Positions 60,675-64,000 of a stretch of DNA of 64,000 nucleotides are shown piece by piece (the first letter of the stretch is position 1; every line of letters begins with the position of its first letter). A program made the position numbers and the translations under genes. Location: contig OY969585.1 in NCBI GenBank assembly GCA_963701295.1, forward strand, positions 3,040,001-3,104,000. The letters are read 5' to 3'. This stretch comes from Ignavibacteriota bacterium (lineage in GTDB: Bacteria; Bacteroidota; Ignavibacteria; UBA10030). The notes beneath the pieces were generated by a model. It worked only from the letters and a program-made list of their open reading frames with translations. It was not told the origin of the DNA and made no database searches.

Positions 60675-61928
60675 TCAATAGTATGGAGCACCGTTAATTC
60701 CTATATCAACCTTATAAACATACCAATTTATTGCTGGACTCACATTCGCGTTTCCACTTATCAGATAAAGCTTAGTACCTATGCAAAAATCCCTGCAATA
60801 GTCTGGAATAATACCTTTGTAGAGGGTTTCTGAGTGCTGCGTTGCCACATCAACAACAAGAATGGGATCCGGTGAATAGAAACCGATATACAGTTTACTT
60901 CCATCGGCAGAAAATGAAATACTTCGTATAGGACTATTAGCATACGTTGTTGTGGATAAGTCATAAAACAGAGTTTTATCACCAACTTTGCTTGTATCTG
61001 CAAGTGAACTGACCCAGATCGCATGACCAGTTGGCGTTCCTGCTGCAACATAGAGATTTTGATTTTGCAGATTTGTACCAAATACGCGAATCGCCCAAAT
61101 TGTATCTGTTGTGTTATTAAATACGGTTTCTAGTCTAGCTGATTTATTTGGGCGAATGACCTGCAGAGTAGTCCTTACTCCGCCTGCATATAGATATCCA
61201 TTGACATCAAAATCAAAACAGGTAAGGAATTTGGTGCTTTTATACCACAAAGAATCAGTTCCTGTTTGCATATTGATCATGCCCACTTTTTGGGCACCAA
61301 TACTACCAGGGCTAACATAAGTAGTTCCCATATAATAGAGATTTCCATCAGGACCAATTTTCGCCACCGTTGGACCTCCCGTACTTTGTGTCGCAGTTGC
61401 CACCGTTGTCCTCACGCCGTCTGGTGTTATTTTATAGACCGTAAAAGGAGTAGTTCCTTTGATAACATATAAGTTTTCTGCATTATCTAAAGCAACGGTA
61501 TTCAACTGGTCGTTCGCTACAAAGGAGCCAAAACTGCTAATGACACGATTGACTTTATAGGGACCTTTTTTTACAGGATAAAGCGCTTCGTATGATACTA
61601 CCGAAATAGTACAGGTATCGACCGAAAGATTAGGACGATACACCGTAATTGCAGTTGTACTCGAAGACGCTATTATCGCAGGGACGTTACCAAAATAGAC
61701 GAGATTGACGCTTGAAGCATCGGCGAAGTTTTGCCCCTGAATAGTTATAGTACTAACACCGGCAACTGCCGAATCGGGGGGGATAATTTGAGTAATCACA
61801 GGTATCACCGATCCCCCGGCGGGTTTATCCCACTTCGGTTCGGCAACATCATATTTGCATCCGGTAATAACCGTGATCAATGACGCTAAGACAAGGAGAG
61901 TCATTGTGAAGAAGCGTTTGGCTTTCAT
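60675..61928 (-). CDS. IPT/TIG-domain lipoprotein with beta-propeller-like C-terminus
   Basis: Lipobox ITGC; PVITQIIP...ITIQGQNF...VYFG (IPT); repeats such as DNAENLYV, GPDGNLYY, DVNGYLY and FSADGSKLY. Confidence 0.8.
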   Translation of the reverse strand: MKAKRFFTMTLLVLASLITVITGCKYDVAEPKWDKPAGGSVIPVITQIIPPDSAVAGVSTITIQGQNFADASSVNLVYFGNVPAIIASSSTTAITVYRPNLSVDTCTISVVSYEALYPVKKGPYKVNRVISSFGSFVANDQLNTVALDNAENLYVIKGTTPFTVYKITPDGVRTTVATATQSTGGPTVAKIGPDGNLYYMGTTYVSPGSIGAQKVGMINMQTGTDSLWYKSTKFLTCFDFDVNGYLYAGGVRTTLQVIRPNKSARLETVFNNTTDTIWAIRVFGTNLQNQNLYVAAGTPTGHAIWVSSLADTSKVGDKTLFYDLSTTTYANSPIRSISFSADGSKLYIGFYSPDPILVVDVATQHSETLYKGIIPDYCRDFCIGTKLYLISGNANVSPAINWYVYKVDIGINGAPYY

Positions 61929-61948
61929 AATTTTATTCCTTCCTCAGT

Positions 61949-63007
61949 TCAAAATAAAAATCGAGCGGTCATTCGTTGAACGTTGTTGAATACCCCATAT
62001 GGAGTATATGAGTAATCAAAAGCAAATCCAAATTGAGAGACCCCAACTCCAAATGATAGTCCGCTGTTTTCATCATTATTAGTAATATACCCGCCACGTA
62101 AGGAAAGCATATTCATTATCTTGTATTCTAATCCAATTTTCAACTGTTCAGGATGGTCCCGATAATGACTTGCATCAATGCTCATATATAAGGATTGGTT
62201 CAACGGAACTTCCCCGATCAGGTCCATAAGATTCATTGAGATTCCAAGTGTGAATGTCAATGGCAGTTGAAATTCTTCCTGCGCATATTGAACGTTTTCT
62301 GAAAAATTTCTAACCGACATACCAAACACAAGACTTTTTATACCAGTTTTGAATTGCGTTCCGAAATCTATCACCCACGTTCCCGATTTATTAGGAACAG
62401 TTACCGCACTATCTACATATTTTCCCGTGGTATGCCCAAGAGAATCAAGGAGTGGTACTTGTTTGTATACATTAGGGATATAACTATTTCCCAAATCTTG
62501 ATGAGCCCAGCGGATATGAGCTCCAACGCCAAATCGGTCAGTTAACCGTTTGGCATACCCAACACCGATTGCATAGGAATTCAATTTAAAGATGTCGATA
62601 TCATCGTATCCTTTATCAATATTTTGATCTACACGCGTACTGATAAAATTGCCATAGTCCACATATTGGGCGCTAAAACCAATAACACCGTAATTACCCT
62701 GTGCCGGATTAATGGCCATACCCACTGTATAGTGCCTGATATCGGCAATCCACTGGTTTGTACTGGCTGATACTTCAAAGAAATTTTCCATCCAGGACAT
62801 TCCAGCCGGGTTAAAAAACAAGGAACTGGAATTGGTTTGAAGACTGGTCATTGCTTCTGCCATCGCTGCAGCCTTGGCATCTGAAACGACACTCAAGAAT
62901 TGATATCCTGTTTGTGCTAATTTTTGATTGTCTTGCGTAAACCCATATTGGTGTAGCAGGCTTACCATCAAAAAACTAACTATGATTCTACCTATCTTCT
63001 TTTTCAT
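61949..63007 (-). CDS. PorV/PorQ-family outer-membrane beta-barrel
   Basis: AQTGYQFLSV..DAKAAAMAEA, SLFFNPAG, GYAKRLTDRFGVG, LSLRGGY, FDYSY, C-terminal F. Confidence 0.8.
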   Translation of the reverse strand: MKKKIGRIIVSFLMVSLLHQYGFTQDNQKLAQTGYQFLSVVSDAKAAAMAEAMTSLQTNSSSLFFNPAGMSWMENFFEVSASTNQWIADIRHYTVGMAINPAQGNYGVIGFSAQYVDYGNFISTRVDQNIDKGYDDIDIFKLNSYAIGVGYAKRLTDRFGVGAHIRWAHQDLGNSYIPNVYKQVPLLDSLGHTTGKYVDSAVTVPNKSGTWVIDFGTQFKTGIKSLVFGMSVRNFSENVQYAQEEFQLPLTFTLGISMNLMDLIGEVPLNQSLYMSIDASHYRDHPEQLKIGLEYKIMNMLSLRGGYITNNDENSGLSFGVGVSQFGFAFDYSYTPYGVFNNVQRMTARFLF

Positions 63008-63018
63008 TGATCAACTCC

Positions 63019-64000
63019 TTACCTGATAATCACGAACTTACGGAAAGTAGATTGGCCTGCACTAAAAATCTTATCACCTTTTTGGAACATCGTTTGGCCT
63101 TGAGAATATATCTTATGTAAATTTTCATCAGTAATATCATACTTAGCAATTTCATCTTCTTTGGCGTATGTATCTTCGGTGACTTCGACATACAAGATAT
63201 AAATACCACTGACTACGACCTGACCTGAAGAAGTCTTTGAATCCCAGATTTCATCACCCGATCCATTGGTATGAAGTATTTCCAAAATCTTTGTCCCATT
63301 TTCAGTAAATATTTTTAACCTGCATTTTGGTGGAAGTCCATAAAACACAATACGGTCATATTGGAATTGATCACCAAACTGCCATTTCCGTGACCGAATG
63401 TCGTATGGATTAGGAACTACCCGAATTTCACCTAATAAATTAGCTGCAGGCCTAAGCAAATTTGCCGCAACACTCGTTAATGTTAAAAACATGCTGCTAT
63501 ATAAAGGAGTGCCCGGCCTGAGATCATTCTGTGTACCGTCATCCTTCGATTGAATAGAATAATAATAATTAAACCCTCTCACAGCGGAAGTATCATCCCA
63601 GGTGTTACTCGTATAGGATTTATCGCATTCAAAAACCTTTGTATACACTGTACGAAAATCCTTCACACTGCCTACGGCTCTAGTGATCACATACCCATTA
63701 AAATGTGGATCTGCTGCAGCATTACCAGACCATTGCAAGTTTATACGATCACCCCCTGATGTAACTATGAAATGATCAGGTGCTGGTGGAGGCTGAGGGA
63801 GAGTATAACCAGAATAATAATTTCTGAGCGCACTGTGCATGGTTTGTTTAATAGAATCCACTCCTGTAAAAATCCAAGCTTTCGTGTATTCTTCATATGG
63901 TAAGCTCGCCGGAAAATAGCCAGGAGGACGGGTAAGAGGGGGATTGAGCGTAGGTGCGCTTGCGGCTGTAAAATATTGATACCAGTTTTCACCGACCTCG
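63019..64000 (-). CDS. Large secreted protein with atypical (FlgD-Ig-like) CTD; 5' end off the window
   Basis: Frame open to the window edge (EVGENWYQY...TGVDSIKQ); PQPPPAP plus Fn3-like module; IRVVPNPY...RIVFYGLP...KIFTENG...WD...SGIYILYV...KFVIIR. Confidence 0.75.
   Translation of the reverse strand, partial: EVGENWYQYFTAASAPTLNPPLTRPPGYFPASLPYEEYTKAWIFTGVDSIKQTMHSALRNYYSGYTLPQPPPAPDHFIVTSGGDRINLQWSGNAAADPHFNGYVITRAVGSVKDFRTVYTKVFECDKSYTSNTWDDTSAVRGFNYYYSIQSKDDGTQNDLRPGTPLYSSMFLTLTSVAANLLRPAANLLGEIRVVPNPYDIRSRKWQFGDQFQYDRIVFYGLPPKCRLKIFTENGTKILEILHTNGSGDEIWDSKTSSGQVVVSGIYILYVEVTEDTYAKEDEIAKYDITDENLHKIYSQGQTMFQKGDKIFSAGQSTFRKFVIIR

Noticed and set aside
1-64000. tRNA, rRNA, CRISPR, prophage or integrase
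   Set aside because: None recognised by eye. tRNAscan/Infernal could not be run, so small RNAs cannot be excluded.

Overview
Gene-dense window from an FCB-group bacterium. Six QNYPNPFNP-type T9SS C-terminal domains, a PorV/PorQ-like barrel and che genes point to Ignavibacteria or a close relative (inference). Left to right: (1) 1-10.7 kb, minus strand: a chemosensory cluster with no MCP in view (cheW, RbsB-like sugar-binding protein, HEAT repeat protein, cheR, two cheY-like genes, two tandem CheZ-like genes, cheA, cheB, a sensorless His kinase and a REC-PAS protein). (2) 11.3-16.4 kb: two-component genes. (3) 16.6-24.5 kb: an L-arabinose operon (galM, araB, GH127, araD, FucI-family isomerase, HAD) with no araA and a 99-bp scar of a deleted Na+/solute symporter. 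(4) 25-27.1 kb: an islet with an XRE regulator, a J-domain protein and a decayed IS200 tnpA. (5) 27.4-49.9 kb, plus strand: a xyloglucan-type CAZyme cluster (CBM9-like, GH97, GH31, SGNH esterase, GH3, GH51, GH95, two GH2, GH74) with no susC/susD in view, two frameshifts and a GH95/GH31 chimeric scar. (6) 50-64 kb, minus strand: T9SS cargo genes (two paralogs sharing an identical ~400-bp block, a CotH kinase, a clan GH-A hydrolase) downstream of an atypical-CTD protein / PorV-like barrel / IPT lipoprotein module. That module and the MCP-less, double-CheZ chemosensory cluster are the best candidates for under-described systems. All calls rest on motif recognition by eye; no database search was run.
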